Of a stretch of 64,000 bases of DNA, positions 9,543-19,639 are shown one piece after another; the first letter of the stretch is position 1, and every line of letters begins with the position of its first letter. Where the stretch lies: contig CAVOID010000008.1 in NCBI GenBank assembly GCA_963695875.1, forward strand, positions 192,001 to 256,000. The letters are read 5' to 3'. The position numbers and the translations under genes were made by a program. Under the pieces are notes generated by a model that did no database searches, was not told the origin of the DNA, and saw nothing but the letters and a program-made list of their open reading frames with translations. This stretch comes from an uncultured delta proteobacterium. GTDB taxonomy: Bacteria > Desulfobacterota > Syntrophia > Syntrophales > UBA2185.

Positions 9543-12038
9543 TTATTTGTAGGAACTGTAGGCTATATTCTTACCGTCTGTTGTAACATCAACGGCACCA
9601 TTTATATCAGTTCTCAATATCTTCGTTCCAAGCTGTAGGTATCTTTTGAGAACATCAGGGCGGGGGTCGTTATAGACGTTGTCCGCACCGCAACTGATCA
9701 CGGCAATTTCCGGTTTTACGCTATTAAGAAATGGTATAGTACTGGAAGTGAGGCCGCCATGGTGAGGGACAAGTATGACCTGGCTCCTGAGATTTTTGCC
9801 TGATTTGACGAGGCTGGTTTCCGTAGGTTCAGATATGTCTGAAGGCAACAGGATACTGACATTACCAAGCGTTAACTTCATCACAATGGCGTCATTGTTT
9901 GTTTCGTCAAACTTCCTGGACAAGTCATTCATCGAGTCAATTGACTTTGGCGGATTCAGGATAGTAATCGTAGCGCCATTGATTGTTATATTGCCGGTAT
10001 CTTCTGTGATGAGCCTGTGGGTTATGTTCTTTTCATTTATGATCTTTGCAAAATCTTTGTATGTCTCTATTTCTGCAGCTTCGCCATTTGACCAAACCTC
10101 TTTAACGTCAAAATTTGACAGAATATGAAGCAACCCGTTGAGGTGATCGGGATGGGGATGCGTCAGGACTACAATGTCGATATTTTTTATCCTTTCATGC
10201 CATAAATACGGGGCAACTACATACTTTCCAATATCAAAAATATTTTCGTAAGATCCACCGCCGTCTACAAGGACCTTTTTGCCTCCAGGCAATCTGATCA
10301 GGGAGGAGCTGCCCTGTCCGACGTCGATGTATGTAATTTTGAGGCTTTCACTGTTATCTTTTATATGTATGTATGCAGCCTCAATTATAAAAAAGAGCGC
10401 GAGGACTGCAAGTATAACGCGATACAGTAGAGGACTAATTGTGCTTTTTATCTTAAAGGCATTGCTTTCATCACGTTTTATGAAATCAATGAGCTTTACC
10501 GCGGCTATAAGAAACAGATAGTAGGCTGTAATCTCCAGTACTGTGGGCGTGGTTATAAAAACAGATGAACTTGGGATTGAAGCGAAGAGATCGACCATTG
10601 AGACGGAGATCCGCACAAGAAAAGATGAAATATCTAAAAAAAGTATAGCTAACGCATTTGATAATGGGGCAACGAGGATAATGGCCGTACATACAGGAAT
10701 GGCAATAATGCCAAGTATGGGGACGACGATCAGATTTGAAAGAAGTACTACGGTTGACATCCTGTTAAAATAAAAAACAATTAAAGGAAGAGTCCCCAGT
10801 GTTGCACTTAGGGATACACCAAGAAATATATAGATATTATTAAGAATCTTCTTTGTCATGGCTCTATGTCTTGATTCATCTTCGGTTTTTCGCTGGGGGA
10901 TCATCGAGGTCAATCTGGGTGTGATGAAAAGAATAGCCCATACTGCCACAAATGAAAGCTGAAAGGAAACGTCAAATAGGGAAGGGGGATAAATAACGAG
11001 TATTATCAATGCAGCAAGGGCTAAACTGTTATAAAGGTCCCTCTCCTTGCCCAGAATGATAGCTATCATAAAGGTCACAGCCATGATAGCGGCACGAACC
11101 ACGGATACACCCATACCTGCTATGAAGGTATAAATTATTACCGGAATTATTGCGCATATGGTAGAGACTTTGAAAATATTGAACCTCAAGAGAAGATATG
11201 TCGAGGATTTCATGATTAATCTAATGACAATGAATGACAGGAACGCAACAATGCCTATGTTAAATCCGGAAATTGCGATAATGTGTGTTGTCCCGGTCTT
11301 GTTGAACTTATCCATTACTTCCTTCGGGATTTCCTTCTGATCTCCAAGGATCATTGCCTGGATAATTTCTCCTTCAGGTGATGAAGAATTATCCCTGATC
11401 AGTCTTTTTAAGCTTCTTCTCATTCGTTCAAGGTATAACTTGAAAATATTCCCCTGATTTTCTCTCAAAACCACAAGTCCAGAGGGTTCCTTGATAAACC
11501 CGCGAGCCATTATTCCTCTGTATCTGAGGTGCTTTACATAATCAAAGCCGCCGGGATTCCGAAAACTGTGCGGTGCCTTAAGCCTGGTCTTGAATCGTAT
11601 GAAATCCCCATATTTAAGTTCCTGGTTACCGTTGACACTTAGCAGTACGAGGCCCTCAATGGGTATAATGGCATCATCATCATCATGAATGAGCCTGACT
11701 GTTGAAACGGTTAGCTCCATACGGTCAGTTGACACCTCAGGATTTTCTGAGATTATTCCTTCAACAATCAGCTTCTCTGTGCCGATATAATTTATAATGT
11801 GTTGTGATCCGGGATCCTTATACAGATAAAGGTTAATGTCCAGAATACCAATAATGACTGAGGAAAGAACGAGGAGGACAGCTATGACTCTGGTCGACTT
11901 CTTATGCGATGCGAGGAGCATCAGCATTAACGTGACGAGGAGAGCTGTCAGTAACGGCAGGTCTGAAAATTGATAATAATTACCAATCGTAATTCCTGCG
12001 ACAAAGGAAGTAAGGATAGGAATTAATGGTCGTTCCAT
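9543..12038 (-). CDS. comEC: ComEC/Rec2 DNA uptake channel (DUF4131 + competence + metallo-beta-lactamase domains)
   Basis: HIIAISGFNI, SFQLSF, DVGQG, THPHPDHLNG, VPHHG. Confidence 0.93.
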   Translation of the reverse strand: MERPLIPILTSFVAGITIGNYYQFSDLPLLTALLVTLMLMLLASHKKSTRVIAVLLVLSSVIIGILDINLYLYKDPGSQHIINYIGTEKLIVEGIISENPEVSTDRMELTVSTVRLIHDDDDAIIPIEGLVLLSVNGNQELKYGDFIRFKTRLKAPHSFRNPGGFDYVKHLRYRGIMARGFIKEPSGLVVLRENQGNIFKLYLERMRRSLKRLIRDNSSSPEGEIIQAMILGDQKEIPKEVMDKFNKTGTTHIIAISGFNIGIVAFLSFIVIRLIMKSSTYLLLRFNIFKVSTICAIIPVIIYTFIAGMGVSVVRAAIMAVTFMIAIILGKERDLYNSLALAALIILVIYPPSLFDVSFQLSFVAVWAILFITPRLTSMIPQRKTEDESRHRAMTKKILNNIYIFLGVSLSATLGTLPLIVFYFNRMSTVVLLSNLIVVPILGIIAIPVCTAIILVAPLSNALAILFLDISSFLVRISVSMVDLFASIPSSSVFITTPTVLEITAYYLFLIAAVKLIDFIKRDESNAFKIKSTISPLLYRVILAVLALFFIIEAAYIHIKDNSESLKITYIDVGQGSSSLIRLPGGKKVLVDGGGSYENIFDIGKYVVAPYLWHERIKNIDIVVLTHPHPDHLNGLLHILSNFDVKEVWSNGEAAEIETYKDFAKIINEKNITHRLITEDTGNITINGATITILNPPKSIDSMNDLSRKFDETNNDAIVMKLTLGNVSILLPSDISEPTETSLVKSGKNLRSQVILVPHHGGLTSSTIPFLNSVKPEIAVISCGADNVYNDPRPDVLKRYLQLGTKILRTDINGAVDVTTDGKNIAYSSYK

Positions 12039-12148
12039 AGTTTGTGCTAATTTGATTCTTTAATAATTAAGGATAAATACAATGCAGGAGGAGCCTACCC
12101 CGTGAAGGCAGGGGGACCTTTTAAACGCCGTCAAATTTGTTAGATTTA

Positions 12149-12177
12149 ATTCTAATTTTATAATACCATGCCGTCAA
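12149..12177 (-). promoter_or_regulatory. Sigma70-type promoter for comEC
   Basis: Minus strand TTGACG (12177-12172), 17-nt spacer, TAGAAT (12154-12149). Confidence 0.6.
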
Positions 12178-12269
12178 TGGTATATACAGTAAACTTTGCA
12201 TTGATAATCTTTATTTTGTATATCGAGGGATACTCATTAATCAGGTAGTGATACAAAAAGAGCGATCAA

Positions 12270-13934
12270 ATGTTACATGAAGAAAATATGGCTTCGAGAC
12301 TTCGATGGTTAGTGATATCGAGAGTCGCAATCGTAACCTTTCTTTTAGGTATAACCACATTCTTTAATATACAGAAAACAGAACTACTGCCTGAGACGTC
12401 GATCACATCACTTTATATCATTTTTGCACTAACCTACTTCCTTTCAGTAGTTTACTTAATTCTTTTAAAGTTTGTTAAAAACCCCAAATTGAACGTATAC
12501 ATCCAGACCTTCTCAGATGTGGCATTGATAACAGGTCTTGTGTACGTAACAGGTGGAATTAGAAGTATATACTCGGTTCTTTATCCTTTGGTTATCATAT
12601 ACTCAGTTTTGTTTTTAGGAAAAAGAGGCGGACTCATTATCGCCTCCATTTCCAGCATTCTATACGGCTTATTACTTGATTTTGAATATTACAACGTTAT
12701 TCCTCCGATAAAATCTGCGGCAATTCACGATTATGACTTGAGTGCAGGGTACGTCTTTTCGAGAATCTTCATACACATTTTATCTTTTTATATAATCGCA
12801 TTGGTTGCCAGTTATGCAGTTGAACAAGAGAAGAAAACAAGGGTGCTTCTTGCCGAGAAAAGAACTGCCTTTGACAAACTTGATTTATTACACAGGATTA
12901 TTATTCAATCGGTCGATACAGGTATTATGACAATCGATCTCCAGGGCAGGATAAAATCTTTTAACAGGGCTGCAGAAGTAATATCGGGATTTGCCTTCGC
13001 TGAAATAGAAAATAGAAATGTCGTTGAAATATTTCCAGGCTTCGCACAGATGAGGGAGATTCTCAACGGAGAAGATAAAAGAGGTTCGGCAAAAAACAGA
13101 TACCATATGGATTTCGTAAACAAGGAAAATCAAATATCGATATTAGGGTATTCGGTATCAACTCTTAAGGATAATAAAGAGAAAATAATTGGAGACATCG
13201 TGATATTCCAGGATCTTACATCTATAATCAAAATGGAAGAAGCCCTCGAAAGAAGTAGAAAGCTTGCCATCATAGGTGAAATGGCTGCAGGTCTTGCCCA
13301 CGAGATGAGAAACCCTCTTGCGTCAATCAGCGGATCAATTCAAATCCTCAATAAGGATCTTGAATTAGGTGCAACAGACGAGAGGCTAATGCGAATAATT
13401 CTCCGGGGGAAGGATCAGCTCGAAAGTATAATAAAGGATTTTCTGCTACTTGCGAGACCGGCGCCGGGAAACAAAGAAAACATTTTTATAAAGGAAATTA
13501 TAGATGATGTAGTTGAATCCATTCATTTTGTGCCTGACTGGAATGATGGCATCAAGGTTTTTCTTTCGCTATCGGATAATTTGACAGTTCATGCAAACAA
13601 GACGGAAATGAAGGAAGTAATGTGGAACCTTATCCTGAATGCTGTTCAAGCTATGCCCGATGGGGGACTTTTGTCACTGGAGACGAGAAAGAAATTATCC
13701 GGTGATAATACAGATGAGTATCTTGAGATACTGGTGAGTGATACTGGTTGTGGCATTGATGAAACATATTTGAATCAGATTTTTGAACCGTTTTTCACGA
13801 CAAAGGAGAGAGGAACAGGCCTCGGTCTCGCCATAGTGAACAGAATTGTCGAGGGATATACCGGAACCATTAAGATTGAAAGCGAGATTGAAAGAGGGAC
13901 AACATGTACTATCTCTTTACCCTTTAATAAATAA
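12270..13934 (+). CDS. pilS: PilS-like membrane sensor histidine kinase (TM region + PAS + HisKA + HATPase)
   Basis: Several N-terminal TM helices with D...LVYVTGG..S motif, AHEMRNPL, DTGCG, FFTTKERGTGLGL. Confidence 0.75.
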   Translation: MLHEENMASRLRWLVISRVAIVTFLLGITTFFNIQKTELLPETSITSLYIIFALTYFLSVVYLILLKFVKNPKLNVYIQTFSDVALITGLVYVTGGIRSIYSVLYPLVIIYSVLFLGKRGGLIIASISSILYGLLLDFEYYNVIPPIKSAAIHDYDLSAGYVFSRIFIHILSFYIIALVASYAVEQEKKTRVLLAEKRTAFDKLDLLHRIIIQSVDTGIMTIDLQGRIKSFNRAAEVISGFAFAEIENRNVVEIFPGFAQMREILNGEDKRGSAKNRYHMDFVNKENQISILGYSVSTLKDNKEKIIGDIVIFQDLTSIIKMEEALERSRKLAIIGEMAAGLAHEMRNPLASISGSIQILNKDLELGATDERLMRIILRGKDQLESIIKDFLLLARPAPGNKENIFIKEIIDDVVESIHFVPDWNDGIKVFLSLSDNLTVHANKTEMKEVMWNLILNAVQAMPDGGLLSLETRKKLSGDNTDEYLEILVSDTGCGIDETYLNQIFEPFFTTKERGTGLGLAIVNRIVEGYTGTIKIESEIERGTTCTISLPFNK

Positions 13935-13984
13935 CAGTATTGATGTATTGTGCAAAATAATTATGTTTTGCAGGGGAATGTCGA

Positions 13985-15349
13985 ATGGCAAAGATTCTAG
14001 TCGTGGATGACGATCAAGGAATGAGAGAATTTCTTGAAATCATGCTAACTAAAGAGGGGCATGACGTGACAAGTGCAGTTGATGCAACGAAAGCCCTGAA
14101 CCGTTGCAAGAAGGATCATTTTGATCTCATACTTACAGATTTAAAGATGCCAAAAGTCGATGGAATTGAATTTCTGAAATCAGTCAAGGATGTTTCTCCG
14201 GAAACAATGGTAATACTGATTACTGCCTATGCATCTCCGGAAACGGCAGTATCCGCCATGAAAGAAGGGGCATACGACTATATAGAGAAAGGCATTGATG
14301 TAGAAGAACTAAAGTCAATCATCAGCGGTGCTCTTGATAAGAAAGGGGTCGGGGAAACTGATGCTTTATTTATAAAGGTAGTTGAAGATGCCGTTTCATT
14401 CAGCAATATGATAGGGAAAAGCAGAGGCATGCTCAACGTATATAAAGACATTAAAAAAGTGGCAGAAACTCCGACAAACGTTTTAATCCTAGGTGAAAGT
14501 GGAACAGGCAAGGAACTTGTCGCTAAAGCTATCCATGAAAACAGCCCCAGGAAAAAAATGCCCTTTACTGTTGTTAACTGCGGTGGCGTTCCTGAAAGTC
14601 TGCTTGAGAGTGAATTCTTTGGTCATATGAAGGGTTCCTTTACCGGAGCACACGTCGATAAGCCCGGGCTTTTTGAGATCGCAAAAAATGGAACTATATT
14701 TCTGGATGAAATCGGTGAGTTACCCCCATATCTTCAAGTAAAACTTCTTAGAGTTGTGCAGGAAAAGACGTTCAGAAGGGTAGGGGGCGCGGAGGATATC
14801 AAAGTAGATGTCAGAATTATCTCAGCCACGAATAAGAATCTGGAAAAGAAAGTTAAGGATGGCTCCTTCAGGGAGGATTTATTTTATCGCCTCAATGTCA
14901 TACCAATACATGTGCCGCCCTTGAGAGAACGTAAGGAGGATATCCCTGTCTTAACTAAACATTTCATTGAAAAGTATTCCACGGCGTTTGGCAAAGAAAT
15001 CAAAACGATTTCATCCTATGCCATGGAACTCCTCATGAACTATCCATTTCCCGGCAATGTCAGAGAACTTGAGAATATTATTGAACGCAGTGTTGCTCTG
15101 GAAACATCAAATATCATATTGCCGGAGAATCTTTTAATATCGGGAAATATACAGGATGTAAGCGACTTTTCGGATGTTAACATACCGGATGATGGAATAG
15201 ACTTGAATGATGAAGTGGCAAAGTATGAGAGGTGCTTAATAGAGGAAGCTCTGAAGAAGGTGAAAGGATCTAAGACGAAAGCTGCTGAGATGCTTCGGGT
15301 AAGTTTTGATTCATTACGATACAGGATTGAAAAACTCGGCATAGACTGA
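13985..15349 (+). CDS. pilR: PilR/NtrC-like sigma54-dependent response regulator
   Basis: REC domain, GESGTGKE, GSFTGA variant of GAFTGA, FREDLFYRL, C-terminal HTH; adjacent to PilS-like kinase. Confidence 0.75.
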   Translation: MAKILVVDDDQGMREFLEIMLTKEGHDVTSAVDATKALNRCKKDHFDLILTDLKMPKVDGIEFLKSVKDVSPETMVILITAYASPETAVSAMKEGAYDYIEKGIDVEELKSIISGALDKKGVGETDALFIKVVEDAVSFSNMIGKSRGMLNVYKDIKKVAETPTNVLILGESGTGKELVAKAIHENSPRKKMPFTVVNCGGVPESLLESEFFGHMKGSFTGAHVDKPGLFEIAKNGTIFLDEIGELPPYLQVKLLRVVQEKTFRRVGGAEDIKVDVRIISATNKNLEKKVKDGSFREDLFYRLNVIPIHVPPLRERKEDIPVLTKHFIEKYSTAFGKEIKTISSYAMELLMNYPFPGNVRELENIIERSVALETSNIILPENLLISGNIQDVSDFSDVNIPDDGIDLNDEVAKYERCLIEEALKKVKGSKTKAAEMLRVSFDSLRYRIEKLGID

Positions 15350-15368
15350 AATTAATAAGAATTTGCAC

Positions 15369-15397
15369 TTGACATTGATGCGGTTTGGTTTTATAAG
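15369..15397 (+). promoter_or_regulatory. Sigma70 promoter of the leader peptide / ABC transporter operon
   Basis: TTGACA (15369-15374), 17-nt spacer, TATAAG (15392-15397). Confidence 0.75.
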
Positions 15398-15429
15398 CAC
15401 GCCACGGGAAGAATTAAAGTAAGAGGGAA

Positions 15430-15513
15430 ATGATGGACATGCTGTGCATAAGGGTACAAATATTTTTTACTTTTTTTGCATTTTTTAGTGGGGTCTGCCT
15501 GCCGCGCTCATGA
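15430..15513 (+). CDS. Phe-rich attenuator leader peptide MMDMLCIRVQIFFTFFAFFSGVCLPRS
   Basis: SD AGAGGGA directly upstream, alternative ATGs at 15430, 15433 and 15439; six TTT codons in eight positions (15463-15486); TGA at 15511-15513. Confidence 0.85.
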   Translation: MMDMLCIRVQIFFTFFAFFSGVCLPRS

Positions 15514-15569
15514 CCTGGAATTGTTAATAGAGCCGCGGGCAGACCGTTTAGCTGTCCGCGGCTTTTTTT
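15492..15569 (+). promoter_or_regulatory. Transcription attenuator: antiterminator and overlapping intrinsic terminator
   Basis: Antiterminator GGTCTGCCTGC (15492-15502) / GCGGGCAGACC (15535-15545); terminator AGCCGCGGGCAG (15531-15542) / CTGTCCGCGGCT (15552-15563) followed by T-run to 15569. Confidence 0.88.
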
Positions 15570-15573
15570 ATGT

Positions 15574-15610
15574 AAAAGGCTGTGGATTCTCCAGAGCCTT
15601 TTTTTATTTT
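15574..15610 (+). terminator. Second, weaker terminator-like hairpin in the leader
   Basis: AAAAGGCT-G-TGGA-ttc-TCCA-G-AGCCTTTTTTT-ATTTT. Confidence 0.55.
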
Positions 15611-15624
15611 ACAGGGGGATTGAT

Positions 15625-16830
15625 ATGAAAAAAATATTCTATGGGATTCTTTGCACAGTACTTACGGGATTCATTCCTTTGTGTCTTATTTCGGGCGCAG
15701 ATGCGAAAACAATAAAAGTCGGTGCAGCAATAAACATGACTGGTCCTGCATCCACCTGGGGGCAATTTCATGCCAAGGGTCAGCAGGACTATTTCCGGTA
15801 CGTAAACGAGGTTAAAGGCGGCGTCGGAGGGAACAAGATCGAAATGATTCTTGTTGATACGGGGTACAAAGTCCCGGAGGCTGTCTCGGCTGTGAAAAGA
15901 TTTGCCATTCAGGATGAAGTTGATATGATTGCAACCTGGAGTGCCGGCGAAGGGCTGGCAGCAAAACCGATTATCCAGCAATATAAAATACCAGCCATCA
16001 ATTATTCTACGAGCTGGGAGATTCTTGAGTCACCGATAAGCTACATGTATTTGCCCTTTGGCAGCTATCGGTTGGACAGTTATGCAATTCTCGAATACAT
16101 ACGCACTATACACAAGGGAAAAGATGCACCGAAGGTAGGACTTTTGACATATAACAACGCATATGGCCGCTCTATACATCAACCTTGCAAGGAATACGCA
16201 AAAAAAATAAATATTAACATTGTTGCCATTGAAGAGTTTCCGCCGAAGACTGTGGATTTAACCACTGAATTGCTGCGTTTGCAGAAAAGCGGTGCGGAAT
16301 ATGTATTCATGCAAATACTTCCTGCCGCTATTATAACGGCATTCAAGAGTGCGGACCGCATCAATTATAACCCGGCATTTTTCGGTACCTGGACATCAAC
16401 AGACCCTGATTTTTTTAAGCTTGGCAAGGGCTTGATAAAAGATCGCCTGCGCATTCAGTTTTCAGGAGGTCTCCCTGTTGATAAGAGTCAGGGCATGAAA
16501 GTTATGACGGAACTGTGGAAACGCTACAAAACGGTCGATAAGTTCGATGCCTCATACTGGGAAGGCGTAGTGATAGGCATGATAATGGAAAGGGCATTCA
16601 TCCGGGCCAATCAAAAATATAAAGTAATCAACAGAGAAACAATCAACAAGGCTATGGAGTCGTTTAAGAATGAAGATTTTGGCGGTCTTGTTCCGAATAT
16701 TACATACGCAGCGGATGATCATGGGGGATCATTCAAAGCCAGGATTGTAAAAGTCAGAGAAGACGGTTCATATGCACCTATGACGAATTTCTTTAATCCC
16801 CTGAAGGAAAAGATCAAGTTATTGAAGTAA
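15625..16830 (+). CDS. ABC transporter substrate-binding protein (LivK/PBP1 family, aromatic or organic acid type)
   Basis: Signal peptide, IKVGAAINMTGPAS, VNEVKGGVGG..IE....DT.Y, NNAYGR. Confidence 0.88.
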   Translation: MKKIFYGILCTVLTGFIPLCLISGADAKTIKVGAAINMTGPASTWGQFHAKGQQDYFRYVNEVKGGVGGNKIEMILVDTGYKVPEAVSAVKRFAIQDEVDMIATWSAGEGLAAKPIIQQYKIPAINYSTSWEILESPISYMYLPFGSYRLDSYAILEYIRTIHKGKDAPKVGLLTYNNAYGRSIHQPCKEYAKKININIVAIEEFPPKTVDLTTELLRLQKSGAEYVFMQILPAAIITAFKSADRINYNPAFFGTWTSTDPDFFKLGKGLIKDRLRIQFSGGLPVDKSQGMKVMTELWKRYKTVDKFDASYWEGVVIGMIMERAFIRANQKYKVINRETINKAMESFKNEDFGGLVPNITYAADDHGGSFKARIVKVREDGSYAPMTNFFNPLKEKIKLLK

Positions 16831-16843
16831 CCGTATCGGATCT

Positions 16844-17671
16844 ATGAAAGCATATCGAGGAAAACCAAGCATATTCGATACCCGGAATGCGGAAGATAGG
16901 ATTGCAGAACTTAATGTCTGTAACCTTTCCTTGAGTTTTGGCGGTGTCAAGGCACTGAGCGATATCGATCTTTCTGTGAGTACCGGTGAACTGGTGGCAA
17001 TCATTGGGCCGAACGGTGCCGGAAAGACAAGTCTTTTGAACTGTATAACGGGCTTCTACAGACCGCAGAAGGGACGCATTCTTTTTAACGGCAAGGATAT
17101 AACTCATTTGCCACCTCACCATCTTGTCCGGATAGGCATAGGAAGGACTTTTCAAAACATCGAGCTGTTTCCCGGCATGACAGTTCTATCAAACATGCTT
17201 CTTGCTCGCCATAACCACTGCAAATATGGGATCGCTCCGGCTTGTCTTTTCTCATCATCAATACGAAAAGAGGAGATTCATCACCGTCGCGTCCTGGAAG
17301 AACTGATCGATTTTTTGGAAATCCAGGCCATCAGGAAAAAGACTGTGGGATCATTGCCGTACGGTTTGATGAAGAGGGTTGAACTGGGCCGTGCACTTGC
17401 CCTGGAGCCGGCTCTTCTGATTCTTGATGAACCATTCGCAGGAATGAACCTCGAAGAGAAGGAAGACATGGTACGTTTCTTGACAGAGATGAACCAAGCG
17501 TGGGGTCAGACGATGATTCTGGTAGAACATGACATGTCTATAGTGATGAGTATTTCTCAGCGAATTGTAGTATTGAACTTCGGTGAAAAACTGGCTGAGG
17601 GTAACCCGGATCAAATCAGAAACCATCCAGAGGTAATCAAAGCATATCTCGGTGATACAGTCAGTGTTTGA
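16844..17671 (+). CDS. ABC transporter ATP-binding protein (LivG-like)
   Basis: GPNGAGKT, RTFQN, LPYG..KRVELGRAL, LDEP, VIKAYLG. Confidence 0.92.
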   Translation: MKAYRGKPSIFDTRNAEDRIAELNVCNLSLSFGGVKALSDIDLSVSTGELVAIIGPNGAGKTSLLNCITGFYRPQKGRILFNGKDITHLPPHHLVRIGIGRTFQNIELFPGMTVLSNMLLARHNHCKYGIAPACLFSSSIRKEEIHHRRVLEELIDFLEIQAIRKKTVGSLPYGLMKRVELGRALALEPALLILDEPFAGMNLEEKEDMVRFLTEMNQAWGQTMILVEHDMSIVMSISQRIVVLNFGEKLAEGNPDQIRNHPEVIKAYLGDTVSV

Positions 17672-19629
17672 TGAATAAGGTATTTCCTGTGGCCAGTTAT
17701 AAAATTGCGGATGATGAAATACTTGCATCTTTATCTCAATATACGTTGCCCCAGATTTTGTCAAAGCAGGCGGAGAGACTCGGATCGGAAGAGACAGCTA
17801 TTCGAGAAAAGGCATATGGTATCTGGCAGACATATAGCTGGCAGGATTATTACCGATATGTGAAAAGAACCGGACTCGGCTTAATCGCTATCGGACTTAA
17901 AAAAGGGGACAATGTTGGCATCATTACAAACAACGTCCCGGAATGGCTCTTTAGTGAAATCGGCTGTCAGTCAGTCGGCGGGATATCCCTCAATCTTTTT
18001 ACGTCTTCTGTTGCGGAAGAATTGTGTCATGCCCTGAGTCGTATTAAAGCGGCCTATATCATCGCCCAGGACCAGGAGCAGGTAGACAAGATAATTGAAA
18101 GTCGTGAGAAACTGACTCATGTTTGCCGGGTCATCTATATAGATCCAACTGGGATGAGGACATATAAAGACAACCCCTGGCTACTCAGTTTTTCTGATCT
18201 TTTAGAGTTAGGCGAGAATCTTGACCGTGAAAAGCCTGATTTTTTTTCAGAGGAATTGCAGAAGGGCAGGAGGGACAATATTGCCATAATGATACAGACC
18301 TCGGGGACGATGGGAATTTCAAAACTTGCCATGCTGTCACATCGGAACATAACCGAAATGGCCAGGAAGTGGGTGGAAGCTCTTCAAATAAAACCCGGGG
18401 GAAACTGGATTTCAATATCTCCGCCGGCATGGATTGTAGATCAGATGTGGGGAGTAGGTGTGGCGCTCCTGGGCGGGATGGTCATGAATTTTCCTGAAAT
18501 GCCGGATACGATAGCCGAAGATTTTCGAGAAATCGGATCATCAATTATCATCACGTCATCGCGTTTCTGGGAGGATCTGGCCTCACGTATTATGGTTAAA
18601 ATGGACGATGCCGGTTTTATCAGGCGTAACCTCTTTGTCTATTCCATTAGAATAGGGAAAAAGGTTGTGGGGATTCAATCACAAAAAAAGGTTGTTCCCG
18701 GATATCTGAATTTACTTTATCGAATTTCCTCAGTAATGATCTACAGACCCTTGCTCGATAGAGTAGGATGTGCCTGTTTTAAAGGCGCCTTTACGGGAGG
18801 TCATCCTATTAGTCCTGATGTGATTCATTTTTTTCGCGCTATTGGATTAAATCTTAAGCAGTGTTACGGTCTGACCGAAGCAGGTGGAATATTCCAGGTT
18901 CAGCCCGATGGCGAAGTAAAGCTGGAGTCAGTAGGGAAGCCGCTGCCCAGGACCCTTGTGAAAATAGCAGATGATCAGGAAGTTCTGGTCCAGAGTGATT
19001 CAAACTTTGTAGGATACTATAACGATTTCAGAGCGACAGAAGATGCCTTTGACGGCGGATGGCTCAGAACCGGTGACGCAGGTTATATAGATAAAGACGG
19101 TCATCTCGTGATTATCGGGCGTAAGGGCGATATTATCAAAAACAAAGACGGAGAAGCATTTTCACCGGATTTCATAGAGACACGTCTCAAGTTCAGTCCA
19201 TATATCAAGGAAGCCGTAATGTTTGGTGAGGGGCGTCCATACATCACCGCACTTATTAATATTGACATGGGCAACGTAGGGAACTGGGCTGAAGAGCGCA
19301 TGATACCGTACACAACATACATAGACCTGTCTCAACAATCAGCTGTTGAGGACCTCGTACTTGATGAAGTCAGAAGGGTAAATATCAATCTGCCGGATAC
19401 CATGAAGGTCCGGAAATTCATATTGCTCTATAAACTCCTGGATGCCGATGATGAGGAGCTGACGAGAACGGGGAAGGTGCGCAGGAGATTTATTTATGGA
19501 CTCTATCTTAAACTCATAGAAGCGATGTATACAGGAAGGGATCAGGTTGATATCAAAACAAAAATCCAGTATCGAGACGGGCAGATAGGCGAAATTGAAA
19601 CTACAGCGAAAATAATTAAGGTTATTTAA
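17671..19629 (+). CDS. Long-chain acyl-CoA synthetase-like AMP-binding enzyme embedded in the ABC operon
   Basis: QTSGTMGISK, YGLTE, GWLRTGDAG, ELTRTGKVRR. Confidence 0.88.
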   Translation: MNKVFPVASYKIADDEILASLSQYTLPQILSKQAERLGSEETAIREKAYGIWQTYSWQDYYRYVKRTGLGLIAIGLKKGDNVGIITNNVPEWLFSEIGCQSVGGISLNLFTSSVAEELCHALSRIKAAYIIAQDQEQVDKIIESREKLTHVCRVIYIDPTGMRTYKDNPWLLSFSDLLELGENLDREKPDFFSEELQKGRRDNIAIMIQTSGTMGISKLAMLSHRNITEMARKWVEALQIKPGGNWISISPPAWIVDQMWGVGVALLGGMVMNFPEMPDTIAEDFREIGSSIIITSSRFWEDLASRIMVKMDDAGFIRRNLFVYSIRIGKKVVGIQSQKKVVPGYLNLLYRISSVMIYRPLLDRVGCACFKGAFTGGHPISPDVIHFFRAIGLNLKQCYGLTEAGGIFQVQPDGEVKLESVGKPLPRTLVKIADDQEVLVQSDSNFVGYYNDFRATEDAFDGGWLRTGDAGYIDKDGHLVIIGRKGDIIKNKDGEAFSPDFIETRLKFSPYIKEAVMFGEGRPYITALINIDMGNVGNWAEERMIPYTTYIDLSQQSAVEDLVLDEVRRVNINLPDTMKVRKFILLYKLLDADDEELTRTGKVRRRFIYGLYLKLIEAMYTGRDQVDIKTKIQYRDGQIGEIETTAKIIKVI

Positions 19630-19639
19630 GGTATAGCTT

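Noticed and set aside
12083..12120. GC-rich hairpin resembling SRP RNA or another ncRNA
   Set aside because: Too short and lacks the SRP domain IV motif; probably a 5' UTR hairpin of comEC
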